Program-made: the position numbers and the translations under genes
Source of the DNA: Myxococcota bacterium
Lineage (GTDB): Bacteria; Myxococcota_A; UBA796; UBA2385
Reading direction: 5' to 3'
Length of the DNA stretch: 64,000 bases
Assembly (NCBI GenBank): GCA_044344255.1
Contig: JBIJDH010000003.1
Coordinates: 160,001-224,000 of the forward strand
The notes under the pieces: model-generated
Told to the model about the DNA's origin: nothing
Databases searched by the model: none
What the model saw: the letters and a program-made list of their open reading frames with translations, nothing else
Shown: positions 9,598 to 18,387 of the stretch, piece by piece
Layout: the number at the start of each line of letters is the position of its first letter
Position numbering within the stretch: the first letter of the stretch is position 1

Positions 9598-11217
9598 ATG
9601 AGCACCCATCCCTGCGTCGTCACCATCGACCACACGAGCAAGCCGCGTGTCCTCTTCAGCGGGGACCAGCTCGTTGAGGTCGACCTCCCCGTCGGCACCC
9701 GGGTCATCTACGCGAAGAAGCCGATGGCGGGGCTGCCTGATCCCGACGCTGCGGTCCGCTACGCGCTGAGCCACCCGTTGGAGAGCGCGCCGCTGTACGC
9801 GAAGCTGCGCCCCGGCATGCGCGTGACGGTGGCGATCGACGACATCTCGATGCCCTTGCCGCCGATGCGGGGGCCCGACTGTCGCCAGCGCGTGCTCGAG
9901 CCGGTCATCAAGATGCTCGATGATTACGGCGTCGACGACGTCGAGCTCATCATCGCCACGGCCTTTCACCGGCCGATGACCGGCGACGAGATCAAGCACA
10001 TCGTGGGCGAGAAGGTCTTCAAGCGCTTCTGGCCGGCCAAGCTCTACAACCACGACGCCGAGCGGCCGGGCGGTCTGACCTACCTTGGCACGACCGAGGA
10101 TGGCATCGAGGTCGAGATCAACGCCCGCGCGGCGAGCTCCGACCTCGTCATCTACGTGAACCTCACCTTCGTCTCGATGAACGGCGGCCACAAGTCGATG
10201 GGCACCGGCCTCGTGGGCTACCGCACGCTGCGCGGCCACCACACGCCGATGTCGATCCGGGACACGGGCTCCTACATGGAGCCCGCCCGCTCGGCGCTGA
10301 GCGCGAAGATGGAGCGGGTGGGCCAGCTCATCGAGAGCAAGGTCGATGTGTTCCACATCGAGACCACCGTGAACAACCGGATGTTCGACGCCCCGCTCGA
10401 CATCCTGGCCAAGAACGAAGACGAGCTGTCCGCCGCCGAGGAGAAGGGCCTGAAGGCGCTCGTCAAGACGTTGAAGCTGCTGCCCCAGCCGGCTCGCCAG
10501 GCGATCTTCGACAAGGTGCCGGCGCCCTACGAGATGATCGCGGTCTACGCGGGCAAGTGTGAGCCCGTCCACGCCGCTATCCTCGAGAAGGTGCACCAGC
10601 AGCTCCTCGTGCCGGTGCGGGGGCAGAGCGACATCGTCATCTTCCCCATCCCCTTCATCAGCCCCTACAACGTGGGCGCCTTCTTGAACCCGCTCCTCGT
10701 GAGCGTGATGGCCGAGGGCTACCTCCACAACCTGCACCGGGGCGCGCCGCTGCTCAAGAAGGGGGGCACGATGATCATCCTGCACCCCTGCACGGACAAG
10801 TTCGATCGAGACCAGCACCCCGCCTATGTGGAGTTCTTCCACAAGTTCCTCACCCAGACCCGCGACGCGATGCAGCTCCACAAGCGCTTCGAGCGGGACT
10901 TCGCGCGGGACCCGGCGTACATCCAGCTCTATCGTACGGGTCGGGCCTACCATCCCGCCCACCCCTTCTACATGTGGTACTGGGGTGAGAACGGCCGCCA
11001 GCACCGCGGGCGGGTCATCGTCGTCGGGGCGGACAACGAGTACGTACCCGGAATCCTCGGCTATGAGACGGCACGCACGATGAGCGAGGCCCTCCGCATG
11101 GCCCGAGAGACGGCGCCGGCGGATCCCTCGATCACCTGCTTCCGCATCTGCCCGCTGATGATGGCAGATGTCACCGCGGAGGAGCTGCCCGCCGCGGTCA
11201 CCCAGGTGACCCCGTGA
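9598..11217 (+). CDS. Lactate racemase (LarA/DUF2088)-domain protein
   Basis: ALSHPLESAPL, VAIDDIS, ATAFHRPMT, NHDAE, VEIN, NGGHKS, LRGHH, KKGGTMII match the LarA fold motifs. Confidence 0.75.
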   Translation: MSTHPCVVTIDHTSKPRVLFSGDQLVEVDLPVGTRVIYAKKPMAGLPDPDAAVRYALSHPLESAPLYAKLRPGMRVTVAIDDISMPLPPMRGPDCRQRVLEPVIKMLDDYGVDDVELIIATAFHRPMTGDEIKHIVGEKVFKRFWPAKLYNHDAERPGGLTYLGTTEDGIEVEINARAASSDLVIYVNLTFVSMNGGHKSMGTGLVGYRTLRGHHTPMSIRDTGSYMEPARSALSAKMERVGQLIESKVDVFHIETTVNNRMFDAPLDILAKNEDELSAAEEKGLKALVKTLKLLPQPARQAIFDKVPAPYEMIAVYAGKCEPVHAAILEKVHQQLLVPVRGQSDIVIFPIPFISPYNVGAFLNPLLVSVMAEGYLHNLHRGAPLLKKGGTMIILHPCTDKFDRDQHPAYVEFFHKFLTQTRDAMQLHKRFERDFARDPAYIQLYRTGRAYHPAHPFYMWYWGENGRQHRGRVIVVGADNEYVPGILGYETARTMSEALRMARETAPADPSITCFRICPLMMADVTAEELPAAVTQVTP

Positions 11218-14200
11218 GCGGGCTCGAGCCCTCCAGCGCCGCCGGCCCCGCGCCTCGGCGCCTGCTGTCCCTCTCCGAGCAGCTCCAGGGCGCTCGGGTG
11301 TTCCTCATGGGAGGGACAGGCTTCCTCGGCAAGGTGTGGCTGAGCATGCTGCTCCACCACTTTCCGGGTGTGGAGCATGTCTACCTCGTGGTGCGAGAGC
11401 GGCGGGACAGCCGGGGTAAGCTCCGCCAGTCGAGCGAGCAGCGGTTCTGGGCCGACATCGCCAGCTCTCCCACGATGAACCCCCTGCGGGAGCTCTACCC
11501 GGGCGCCGCCTTTCAGGCCTTCCTGAAGGCGAAGGTGACCCCCCTCCACGGCGACGTGAGCGAGCCCTTCGCCGGGGTCTCGGCGGAGATGCGGGATCGC
11601 CTGCGGGGCCAGCTCACCGTCTTTGTGAACAGTGCCGGCGTCGTAGACTTCAACCCGCCCCTCGACGAGGCCCTGAACGTCAACGCCTTCGGCATGCAGA
11701 ACCTCGTCGCCCTCTGTCAGGATCTGTGCACGGAGGAGGTCAAGGTGCCCTTCATGCACACCTCCACCTGCTACGTGGCGGGAGACCGCACGGGGGAGGT
11801 GCACGAGCTGCACCCGCTCGAATACCCATTCCCCCGTGCCAATGAGCTCGACCGCTCCCACTGGGACCCCGAGCGAGAGATCGCCGAGTGTGTCGACACC
11901 ATCCAGCTCGTCCGCCATCGGGCGAATGACGCCTTTCGCCAGTCCGCCTTCCTCGATCAGGCCAAGAAGAACCTGAGCGAGAAGAAGGAGCCGACCCGCG
12001 GCTCGGCCCTCGACGAGGAGGTGGACAAGGTCAAGCGGAGGTTCATCGACAAGCAGCTCGTCGAGTGGGGCACCGAGCGGGCCAAGTTCTGGGGCTGGCA
12101 CAACATCTACACGTACACGAAGTCGATCGGCGAACAGGTGGTCTGTCGCTCCGGCCTCCCCTTCACGATCGTGCGGCCTGCGGTGATCGAGTCCTCGCTG
12201 GTCTACCCCTCTGTAGGCTGGAACGAGGGCATCAACACGAGCGCCCCGCTCATCTACATGGGCCAGATGGGCCCCACCAAGCTGCCGGCGGGGGAGGACT
12301 CCGTCCTCGACATCATCCCGGTCGACACCGTCGCTCACGGCATGTTCGCCTCCCTGGCCGAGCTGCTCGACGGCACCGCGAAGGCGGTCTATCAATACGG
12401 GACCTCCGATACGAACCCCTGTCGGGTTCGGCGACTGACGGAGCTCGTCGGCCTGTCCAACCGGAAGCGGCTCCTCGGGCCGAACGCCAAGGGAAACCCG
12501 GTCACCAATTGGCTTCAGACCCGCCTGGAGCCGGTCACCGCCGAGGCTGACGAATACTTTGCCAACGGCCCGTCCAAGTACGCCAAGCAGGTGGGGTCGG
12601 TGGCGGGCTTCCTCCGGCGCTTCGCGGAGGGGCCCGTCAAGCCGCTGGTGACGACCGCGGCGGACAGCGTCGACGCCGTGGCCCGCGGCCTCTCCGCTCA
12701 GGCCTATGTGGCCGACCAGTTCGCCCCCTTCATGGCGACCCACAATTACCGCTTCTCCTGCGCCCACACCCGCGCGGCCTGGGAGCGACTCGTCCCCGGC
12801 GAGCGGGCGATGATGCCGTGGAACCCCGACTCCATCGAGTGGCGGAACTATTTTCTCGATATTCACGTGCCGGGGCTCACGAAGCACGTCTACCCGGAGA
12901 TCGAGCAGAAGCTCAAGCGAGAGGCCAAGCCCCTCCGCCGCCATGATCACCTGCTCTCCCTCCTCGAGGAGGTGGCGGAGCAGTACGACCACGCGCCGGC
13001 CCTGCTCGAAGCCCATGAAGACGGCTTCTCCCGGATCTCCTTCCGCGAGCTTCGTGGCCGCACGGCCGCCGTGGCGGTGCGCCTCGCTGCGGCGGGCATC
13101 GGGAAGGGGGATCGGGTCATCCTGTCGGGGAAGAACCACCCCGACTGGGTGATCTGCTGGTTCGGCGTGGTGCGCCTCGGCGCCGTCGTCGTGCCGCTCG
13201 ACGTCGGCCTCAAGCCCGACGCCGCGATCGTGATCCAGCGCTCTGCCGGCGCGAAGCTGTGCCTCGTCGATGAGAAGGCCAAAAACAACTTTGCCTTCGC
13301 CCTCGACCTCCCCCAAATGAGCCTCCAGGAGGCCTCCGCCCTCGGCGCCGTGGGTCACCTCCCCGAGGTCGCGCTCAGCGGGGCCGACCTGGCGAGCATC
13401 CTCTACACCTCGGGCACCACCGGTGATCCCAAGGGCGTGATGCTCGCCCACGAGAACTTCACCTCGGAGCTCGGCAGCCTCGGTCGGCTGTTCCCCCTCT
13501 CGCCCGAGGACCGCATCCTGTCGGTCCTGCCGATGCACCACGCCTTTGAGCTCACCTGCGGCCTGCTGCTCCCTTTGTCGCAGGGGGCGCGGATCTACTA
13601 CCTCGACGAGATCAACGCGGATCGCCTGTCTTGGGGCCTCCAGGAGGGGCGGATCACCTGCATGGTGGGCGTGCCGGCCCTGTGGCAGGTGCTCGAGCGG
13701 CGCATCACGAGCCAGGTCAAGGAGCGGGGCCAGCTCTTTGAGCTCGCCTTCGACACCCTCATCGACATGAACCGCTCGCTGGGCAAGGCCACCGGCCTCG
13801 ACGCCGGGCGGCTGCTCTTCGGCTCGGTGCACAACCGCTTCGGTGGCAACATCCGGGTGCTGATCAGCGGCGGCGCTGCGCTCCCGCCCGACACCCAGAA
13901 GCTCTTCGTCGGCCTCGGGCTGCCCCTGGCGGAGGGTTACGGCCTGACCGAGGCCTCCCCGGTGCTCACCGTGGCGGTGCCGAAGCCCGGCGCCAAGGTG
14001 GGCCATGTGGGCAAGCCCATCCCCGGCGTGGAGATCCGCATCGGCCACGCCGATGACAAGGGCGTTGGCGAGGTCTTCGCCCGCGGCCCGAACGTGATGA
14101 AGGGCTACTTCGGCAACGCGGCCGCGACCGCCGCCGTCCTCGATGGGGAGGGCTGGCTGCACACCGGAGACATGGGGCGCATCGACCACGACGGCCGCCT

Positions 14201-15926
14201 CGTGCTCATGGGCCGTCAGAAGGAGGTGGTGGTCACCGCGGCGGGGGAGAACATCTACCTCGACGACGTGGAGAACCGCCTCGGGCCCATCCGGCGGGTG
14301 AAGGAGTACTGCCTCGTCGGCCTCGATGATCCGCGCGGGGGCGAGCGCCTCGGCGTGCTCGCCGTGCCAGACCCGGGCGAGGGAGACCATCGCCTCGACC
14401 ACGCCGCGGCCCATGAGGCGGCGATGAGCAACCTCCGCGAGGCCATCGCCCTCCTGCCGGCGGTGCAGCGCCCGGCAGTGGTCCACCTCGTCGATGCGGA
14501 CCTCCCGCGAACGCCGACCAAGAAGATCGTGCGCAAGGAGGTCAAGAAGGTCCTCGAGAAGATCGTGGCCGCCACGCCCACCAAGGTGAAGGCCGGAGAG
14601 GGGGTCGCCGGCCCGGTCGCCCGCGCCATCGCCTCGGTGGCCGGAGTGGAGCTCTCCCGGGTGCGTCCGGAGCTGCACATCGTCTCCGAGCTCGGCTTCG
14701 ACTCGCTGATGTGGGTGGAGCTCGCCAGCGCCCTCGACGGCCTCGGACACGGTCGGCTCGACCCTCACCTCCTCTCCACCGCCGAGACCGTCGCCGACGT
14801 CGTCCGGCTCGTCGGCGCGCCCCCGGTGCCGGTGGTCCAGGAGGCGAAGAAGGGCGTGGAGGCCATCGAGCTGCCGGCCTCGATCACCGAGCCGATGAAG
14901 GAGGCGATGGGCGTCGTTCAGAAGGCCTTCAACGGGCGAGCGCTCGGCACGAAGGTCTACGGGCGGGCGAACATCCCCCAGAACCGTACGGTCATCGCCC
15001 TGTGCAACCACAGCTCCCACCTGGACATGGGACTCGTGAAGTTCGCCCTCGGCGACTACGGCGCGAACATGGTCGCCCTCGCGGCGAAGGACTACTTCTT
15101 CGAGGGCAACGCCTGGAAGGTCGCCTGGTTCAAGAACTTCACCAACGTTGCCCCCATCGACCGTAAGGCTGGCTTCCGGGCGAGCTTCAAGCAGGCGGTG
15201 GAGGTCATCGAGGCGGGCAAGGTGGCGCTGATCTTCCCGGAGGGGACCCGCCAGACGAGCGGCCTCCTCGCCGAGTTCAAGCCGCTGGTCGGCAAGCTCT
15301 CGCTCGAGACGGGCACCGACATCCTCCCCCTTCACATTCGTGGCGCCTACGACGCGATGCCGAAGGGGGCGGTCTTCCCGCGGAAGCGGGGCATCACCAT
15401 CCGCATCGGGCCCCCCCTGCGGGTGGCGGACCTGCGCCGCCTGACGCTGGGCATGTCCCACGCCGACGCGGCCCGCACGGTCGCCCACCTCGCGCGCGAG
15501 GCGGTGGAGGCCCTCTCCAAGGGCTCGGTCCTCGATCTCCGCACCCTCCAGTCGGCGGGCGCGGTCGCCAAGGAGGCGCCCAAGACCATCGAGGAGCTGG
15601 CGGCCGACGTCTTCGGCCTCTTGCCCAAGCGGTTCGACCCGAGCCTCGTCGAGCGGCCGGTCTCCTGGTATTTCTCGCTCGGCGAGAAGGACGGGCCCCG
15701 CTACGGCGTGACGGTGGACGCCGAGCGGTGTGAGGTCAAGCCCGGCAGGCCCGCGGGGAACGTGGACTGCGTGGTGAAGTGCTCGCTCGAGTTCTTCTCG
15801 AAGCTGGTCCGGGAGGCCTACGTGCCAGGCCCCGAGGAGTTCATCTCCGGCGTCATCAAGACCAACGACATTCCGCTGCTCATCGAGTTCGCAAGGGTCT
15901 TCCGACTCTCCGAGGTGGTGGCATGA
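11214..15926 (+). CDS. elbD: ElbD-like multidomain lipid enzyme: fatty acyl reductase + adenylation + ACP + acyltransferase + SCP2-like domain
   Basis: GGTGFLGKV and YTYTK (FAR); YTSGTTGDPKG, EGYGLTE, TGDMG (AMP-binding); LGFDSL (ACP); NHSSHLD and FPEGTR (LPLAT); about 115-aa C-terminal SCP2-like tail. Confidence 0.85.
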   Translation: MSGLEPSSAAGPAPRRLLSLSEQLQGARVFLMGGTGFLGKVWLSMLLHHFPGVEHVYLVVRERRDSRGKLRQSSEQRFWADIASSPTMNPLRELYPGAAFQAFLKAKVTPLHGDVSEPFAGVSAEMRDRLRGQLTVFVNSAGVVDFNPPLDEALNVNAFGMQNLVALCQDLCTEEVKVPFMHTSTCYVAGDRTGEVHELHPLEYPFPRANELDRSHWDPEREIAECVDTIQLVRHRANDAFRQSAFLDQAKKNLSEKKEPTRGSALDEEVDKVKRRFIDKQLVEWGTERAKFWGWHNIYTYTKSIGEQVVCRSGLPFTIVRPAVIESSLVYPSVGWNEGINTSAPLIYMGQMGPTKLPAGEDSVLDIIPVDTVAHGMFASLAELLDGTAKAVYQYGTSDTNPCRVRRLTELVGLSNRKRLLGPNAKGNPVTNWLQTRLEPVTAEADEYFANGPSKYAKQVGSVAGFLRRFAEGPVKPLVTTAADSVDAVARGLSAQAYVADQFAPFMATHNYRFSCAHTRAAWERLVPGERAMMPWNPDSIEWRNYFLDIHVPGLTKHVYPEIEQKLKREAKPLRRHDHLLSLLEEVAEQYDHAPALLEAHEDGFSRISFRELRGRTAAVAVRLAAAGIGKGDRVILSGKNHPDWVICWFGVVRLGAVVVPLDVGLKPDAAIVIQRSAGAKLCLVDEKAKNNFAFALDLPQMSLQEASALGAVGHLPEVALSGADLASILYTSGTTGDPKGVMLAHENFTSELGSLGRLFPLSPEDRILSVLPMHHAFELTCGLLLPLSQGARIYYLDEINADRLSWGLQEGRITCMVGVPALWQVLERRITSQVKERGQLFELAFDTLIDMNRSLGKATGLDAGRLLFGSVHNRFGGNIRVLISGGAALPPDTQKLFVGLGLPLAEGYGLTEASPVLTVAVPKPGAKVGHVGKPIPGVEIRIGHADDKGVGEVFARGPNVMKGYFGNAAATAAVLDGEGWLHTGDMGRIDHDGRLVLMGRQKEVVVTAAGENIYLDDVENRLGPIRRVKEYCLVGLDDPRGGERLGVLAVPDPGEGDHRLDHAAAHEAAMSNLREAIALLPAVQRPAVVHLVDADLPRTPTKKIVRKEVKKVLEKIVAATPTKVKAGEGVAGPVARAIASVAGVELSRVRPELHIVSELGFDSLMWVELASALDGLGHGRLDPHLLSTAETVADVVRLVGAPPVPVVQEAKKGVEAIELPASITEPMKEAMGVVQKAFNGRALGTKVYGRANIPQNRTVIALCNHSSHLDMGLVKFALGDYGANMVALAAKDYFFEGNAWKVAWFKNFTNVAPIDRKAGFRASFKQAVEVIEAGKVALIFPEGTRQTSGLLAEFKPLVGKLSLETGTDILPLHIRGAYDAMPKGAVFPRKRGITIRIGPPLRVADLRRLTLGMSHADAARTVAHLAREAVEALSKGSVLDLRTLQSAGAVAKEAPKTIEELAADVFGLLPKRFDPSLVERPVSWYFSLGEKDGPRYGVTVDAERCEVKPGRPAGNVDCVVKCSLEFFSKLVREAYVPGPEEFISGVIKTNDIPLLIEFARVFRLSEVVA

Positions 15927-16906
15927 GCGCTTCGCGTTTGCGGGTGGTGGTGACCGGGGCGAGCGGCTTCCTCGGCCGCCACCTGACCCCCGCCCTGGCC
16001 GAGCAGCACGAGGTCGTGGCCCTCTCTCGCCGCGGCACCGCGACCGGTGACGTGCGCGGCGTAAAGGGGGACATCCTCGATCCGGCCAGCCTCGACGCCG
16101 CCTTCACCGGCGCTGACGTCGTGGTGCACGCCGCCGGCCAGGTCTCGCACAGCCCCGAGCTGGCGATGCGCCTCCACACCGTCCACGTGGACGGGACCCG
16201 CGAGGTCCTCGCCGCGGCGCGTCGGGCGGGGGTGCGGCGCGTCGTGCACATCAGCACGTCCGGCACGGTCGCGGTCTCGCCCAAGGCCGACTTCCTGGGG
16301 GACGAGGGCTCCCCTCGGCCCCTCCAGCTCATCAGCCGCTGGGCCTACTACCGCACCAAGCTGATCTCAGAGGAGCTGGCCCTCGCGGCCAACGGCGGCG
16401 GTCTCGAGGTCCTCAGCCTCAACCCCTCGATGCTCCTCGGTCCGGGAGACGACCCCGAGGGCGCCTCGACCCGGCCGGTGCGCATCTTCCTCGACGACGG
16501 CGTGCCCCTGCCGCCCCCGGGCACCCTGTCCTACGTGGACGCCCGCGACATCGCCCCCGCCGTGCTCGCCTGCCTCCGCGGCGGTCAGCCGGGGCGACGA
16601 TACCTCCTCACCGGCGCCAACCTCCGCTTCGCCGAGTTCTTCGCCCGCATCGCCCGCATCACCGGCCGCCCGGCGCCGATCGCGCCCCTGCCCGAGGCGA
16701 TGCGCAAGCTGCTGCGCTGGATGCCGGAGCTCGGAAAGGAGGAGGGCTTCGGCTTCCGCGTGCGCATGACCCGCGAAGAGATGGAGCTCGCCTGCCACCA
16801 CTGGTCGGTGGACGCGAGTCGGGCGAAGGTCGAGCTTGGCTGGGCGCCGCGGGACCCCCAGGTGACCCTCGAGGACACCGTGCGAGACCTCTGGCGAGGG
16901 CGCTGA
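15923..16906 (+). CDS. NAD-dependent epimerase/dehydratase (extended SDR), ElbE-like
   Basis: TGASGFLG, HAAG, YYRTK; ATGA overlap with elbD. Confidence 0.85.
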   Translation: MSASRLRVVVTGASGFLGRHLTPALAEQHEVVALSRRGTATGDVRGVKGDILDPASLDAAFTGADVVVHAAGQVSHSPELAMRLHTVHVDGTREVLAAARRAGVRRVVHISTSGTVAVSPKADFLGDEGSPRPLQLISRWAYYRTKLISEELALAANGGGLEVLSLNPSMLLGPGDDPEGASTRPVRIFLDDGVPLPPPGTLSYVDARDIAPAVLACLRGGQPGRRYLLTGANLRFAEFFARIARITGRPAPIAPLPEAMRKLLRWMPELGKEEGFGFRVRMTREEMELACHHWSVDASRAKVELGWAPRDPQVTLEDTVRDLWRGR

Positions 16907-16928
16907 GGAGTCGAGGCGACCGTCGAGG

Positions 16929-18239
16929 CTATTCGGGCTGTCGCCAGCCGAGGTCTTCCACCGCCACCATCAGCGAGTCCATCGCGGGGAAGTCCCAGTT
17001 GCCAGCGATGACGGCAGGGTCATCGACGTCGTCGTCGCCATCCGAGTCGATCTTCCAGCCGCCTGCGTTGGCGAGGTCGATGAGCTGGGCTTGCAGGCTC
17101 GGATCGGAGGCCTGAAACTCGTAGACGTTCAGCGTGAGCAGGCGCGTGTCGGTGGCCTGGAAGGCGGCGACGGCGAGGGCCTGTGAGGCCCCCTCCGCGC
17201 AGCTCCCGGAGGGCATCGCGTGGCCCTGGAGGCTGTCCCGCAGCACGTTGTCGGCGCTCATGATGACGATGTGGATCGCTCCCTCGCGCCAGCCCACGCC
17301 GGGGCGGCTGGTCGAGCCCTCGACGGTGGCGTCGTAGGTGCCGGTGGCCGCGCCGTGGAAGGCGTCATCGACGTCGGCGACGTAGGGCTGGATGTCGGTG
17401 GTGGGGTCAAAGTCGCCGTCGCAGGTCTGGTCGTAGCCGGCGCCCCACGTCGCCTGGTACAGGGCCTCGTAGGCCGAGGAGGGGGAGTCTCCGCCGTACA
17501 CCATCGCCTGGCCCTGGGCGGCGGCGACGACGGAGTCGTGGTCGGTCGAGATGGCGTGCAGCATCCGGTAGGGGGTGCCGTTGGAGGCGGCCCAGCCGTC
17601 CTGGACGTAGTCGTCGTAGGTGCCTAGGCCGACCGCGACGCCTTCGAAGTGGCCGTAGAGGGCCTCGACGGTCTCCTCGACGAAGTTCTCGAGGTCACCG
17701 TGGTAGCAGGAGTAGTCGTAGGCGGTGTCGAGGAGCAGGAAGACGTCGAGCACCGGCTCTTCGAGCACGGGGTTGCTGGTGTCCCCGCCGCCGCCGCTCT
17801 CCCCCTCTTCGAGGGCCTCGAGCTCGACCTCCGCCTGGGGGTGCAGGGGGTCGTTGGAGCGGATCGTGACGCGCCCGGCGCTCGGGGCGCCCGCTGCAGG
17901 GTCAAAGGCGACCACGACGGTCTGGCTGTGCTTCGGGGCGAGGGGGCCGGCCTCCCCGCCCGAGAGGATCGTGAAGCCGGCGCTGCCCGTCTGTTCGAAG
18001 GCCTCGATCTGCAGCGCCTCCGTGCCGTAGTTGGCGATCGTGAAGGTCTTGGTGATCGGCCCCGCCTCGCCCTCTTGGACACGAAAGCTCAGCGAGCCTG
18101 GCACAACGTCGATCGCCGGCGCCGTGACGGCCCCGCCCGTCTTCTCGTCTCCGACTCCAGCGCCGCCGCAGCCACCCCCGGCGAGCGGGAGGGAGGAGAG
18201 GAGGGTGAACAGGACGGGTGCGAGAGCGCGCGATCGCAT
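16929..18239 (-). CDS. Lipoprotein with Ig-like (choice-of-anchor D/ASH) domain and divergent VWA-like domain
   Basis: Lipobox-like LAGGGC; FTIANYGTEALQI..TIRSNDP; DVFLLLDTAYDYS with a non-canonical MIDAS position; GWREGAIHIVI. Confidence 0.6.
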   Translation of the reverse strand: MRSRALAPVLFTLLSSLPLAGGGCGGAGVGDEKTGGAVTAPAIDVVPGSLSFRVQEGEAGPITKTFTIANYGTEALQIEAFEQTGSAGFTILSGGEAGPLAPKHSQTVVVAFDPAAGAPSAGRVTIRSNDPLHPQAEVELEALEEGESGGGGDTSNPVLEEPVLDVFLLLDTAYDYSCYHGDLENFVEETVEALYGHFEGVAVGLGTYDDYVQDGWAASNGTPYRMLHAISTDHDSVVAAAQGQAMVYGGDSPSSAYEALYQATWGAGYDQTCDGDFDPTTDIQPYVADVDDAFHGAATGTYDATVEGSTSRPGVGWREGAIHIVIMSADNVLRDSLQGHAMPSGSCAEGASQALAVAAFQATDTRLLTLNVYEFQASDPSLQAQLIDLANAGGWKIDSDGDDDVDDPAVIAGNWDFPAMDSLMVAVEDLGWRQPE

Positions 18240-18387
18240 GGAGGCTCCTCAACGATACTGTTCAGCATACCGTGGACGAGGGCGGTTGTGAGCGTGACTT
18301 CAAGGCGGGCTTCGTGTCGGCGGTCATGGCGGACGCCCTCCGGCTCTGGCACGATGGGGTGGCAGATCGTCCGAGACCGGAGCGCCC

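Noticed and set aside
9145..11004. 619-aa antisense ORF, and similar ones at 22457-24814, 52725-54779, 56875-58896 and 7409-9085
   Set aside because: They mirror well-supported genes on the opposite strand and have no recognisable features.
9598..11217. Calling this gene larA (true lactate racemase)
   Set aside because: The catalytic His segment is missing, no lar accessory genes are in the window, and the context is lipid biosynthesis.
11061..15488. 1475-aa ORF antisense to the ElbD-like gene
   Set aside because: Shadow ORF typical of high-GC codon bias; no motifs, and the plus strand carries clear domains.
11214..15926. NRPS call based on adenylation, carrier and reductase domains
   Set aside because: No condensation domain; the A domain is acyl-CoA-synthetase-like and an LPLAT acyltransferase is present, so it is a lipid enzyme.
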